Below, piece by piece: positions 62,530 to 64,000 of a stretch of DNA of 64,000 nucleotides. The stretch's first letter is position 1. Each line of letters opens with the position of its first letter. This DNA is from Azolla caroliniana (lineage: Eukaryota > Plantae > Polypodiophyta). The position numbers and the translations under genes were made by a program. The notes beneath the pieces were generated by a model. It did not search any database and was not told the origin of the DNA. It saw nothing but the letters and a program-made list of their open reading frames with translations. Location: contig JBHGNT010000004.1 in assembly GCA_043228905.1 (NCBI GenBank), positions 22,878,001 through 22,942,000 on the forward strand, read 5' to 3'.

Positions 62530-63131
62530 ATATGTAATATATGTATGTGTAACAGTGGTTGCATATATGCATACATGAGTGTGTGGATGTTTATTCGTAA
62601 TATTTATGTATGTGTATGTGTATGTGTATGTATATATGTATTTATTGTAGTTGGTGATGATATATATGTACATATGTAATGTATGTATGCATGTGTATGT
62701 AATGTATTTATGTGGATGGATGTCTATTTGTAAAACCTATAACACTACAGGCATATGTACGTATATATATGGTGATATGTGGAACATGTACATGTACATA
62801 TGTAATGTATGTATGTGTATGCATATATGTATATGTCAATATACATCATTCAATGAGTATGAATGTGTTTGTAATATGTGCATATTATGTACATGTATAT
62901 ATCCAATGTATGTATGTGTATGTATATGTGTGTGTGTGTGTATGTGGTCATATGTATGTAATGTATGAATGTATGAATGTATGTATGTGTATATATGTAA
63001 TGTATTTATGTATGTATATTTTTGGGATATTTTCATATTTAGTATGTATATGGCTCGTATATGGATGTATGTTTGTAATATGTACGTAATATGCATGTAT
63101 ATATCCAATGTATGTGTAAGTGTACATATAT

Positions 63132-63174
<43 letters not shown>

Positions 63175-63450
63175 GTATTGTGGTCCAATATAATCTATAT
63201 ATATGGTGATATGTGGAATATGTATGTACATATGTAATATATCTATGTATGTATCTATATATGTATGTATATATGTAATTTATGTATGTGTAAATTTGTA
63301 TATTGTGTAATAGGTATGGATTATATGCTATGTAATATCTAATTTATTTATGTGTGTGTGCACATGTATATACATAATATACATGTATGTAATATATGTA
63401 ACTTGTTTGTACATTGTAAATATGAAGATTTGTATACATATAATATGTAA
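60976..63450. repeat. 2.5 kb compound TA/TG/TATG simple-repeat tract
   Basis: Perfect (TATG)n at ~61852-61982, (TG)n at ~62472-62520 and ~63136-63172, degenerate elsewhere. Confidence 0.95.
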
Positions 63451-63457
63451 TCTTAGG

Positions 63458-64000
63458 TTTTTTTTTTTCCAAAATGAAGCTACTTTACCATTAGTTAGGA
63501 AGGATTATTACATAGAGAGTCTACAAGGAGACTTATACACACATCGGGGAGTCTTCCTCCGATCAAGTAAAAGAAGATGAGCCTACTTACGAAGCCTTGC
63601 GGCCTAACTTAATGTAAGAAGCTACCTATATCTAAGGCGATGCCCTTCAATGTTGCCTAGTACGAGTCGGCTCTTGGGGCCTACAACGAAGAGAGGGTGG
63701 TAGGTGAGTAGGAAACAACCAACGTGGGGACTGGTAGTTCCACCTCGGGCCACTCCCGCCTTGCATCACCATAGGTGTGTTCCGCCATTTCTGCCAAAAG
63801 CGCAAACGGGCAGAGACCACGTCGTTGGAGTGGCTGCAAACCTCTTCCAGTTGCCCTCGTAGGTAGTTGATAAGCGTGAACCATATGTCCATGATCACTT
63901 CCTCCGGGGGCCGTACCGTACCTTGGAAAACCTTGAGGCAACGCGCTTTCCATATATACCACAAGGTGAAACCTGCGATCAACATCCAGATTTCTGGAAA
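63458..64000 (-). mobile_element. 3' end of a LINE (non-LTR retrotransposon ORF2 C-terminus, 3' UTR, poly-A)
   Basis: LWYIWKARCLKVFQ matches the W-x-IW-x-x-R-x4-F motif of L1-type ORF2 C-termini; T11 at 63458-63468 is the poly-A on the minus strand. Confidence 0.78.

Overview
This is land-plant heterochromatin, probably a non-seed plant such as a fern (inferred only from the retroelement types). No host gene was found. Almost the whole 64 kb is a nest of LTR retrotransposons, most of which can be reconstructed from TG...CA termini, PBS, PPT and target-site duplications (TSDs). Letters below are my own labels. Copia A (minus strand, <1-51009) sits inside copia K. A contains copia B (433-5848, TSD CTAGG), gypsy solo LTR D (which holds copia C, which holds gypsy LTR E with a 7 x ~105 bp array) and copia J (15768-50206, TSD CCCCC). 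J contains gypsy F (17095-24007), copia N, gypsy G (30226-42572, itself holding copia P) and an intact, very young copia Q (42975-48291, 1360-codon ORF). A truncated gypsy H, a chimeric copia L/M, a 2.5 kb TA/TG simple-repeat tract and a LINE 3' end follow. The most notable signal is in the three gypsy copies F, G and H. They share a tRNA-Trp PBS, a U5-leader stem across the PBS, protease in the gag frame, and a conserved G-GAU-UUU slippery heptamer followed by a covarying H-type pseudoknot. F and G also have 4-bp TSDs. Together these predict -1 ribosomal frameshifting from gag-pro into RT, an alpharetrovirus-like expression strategy.
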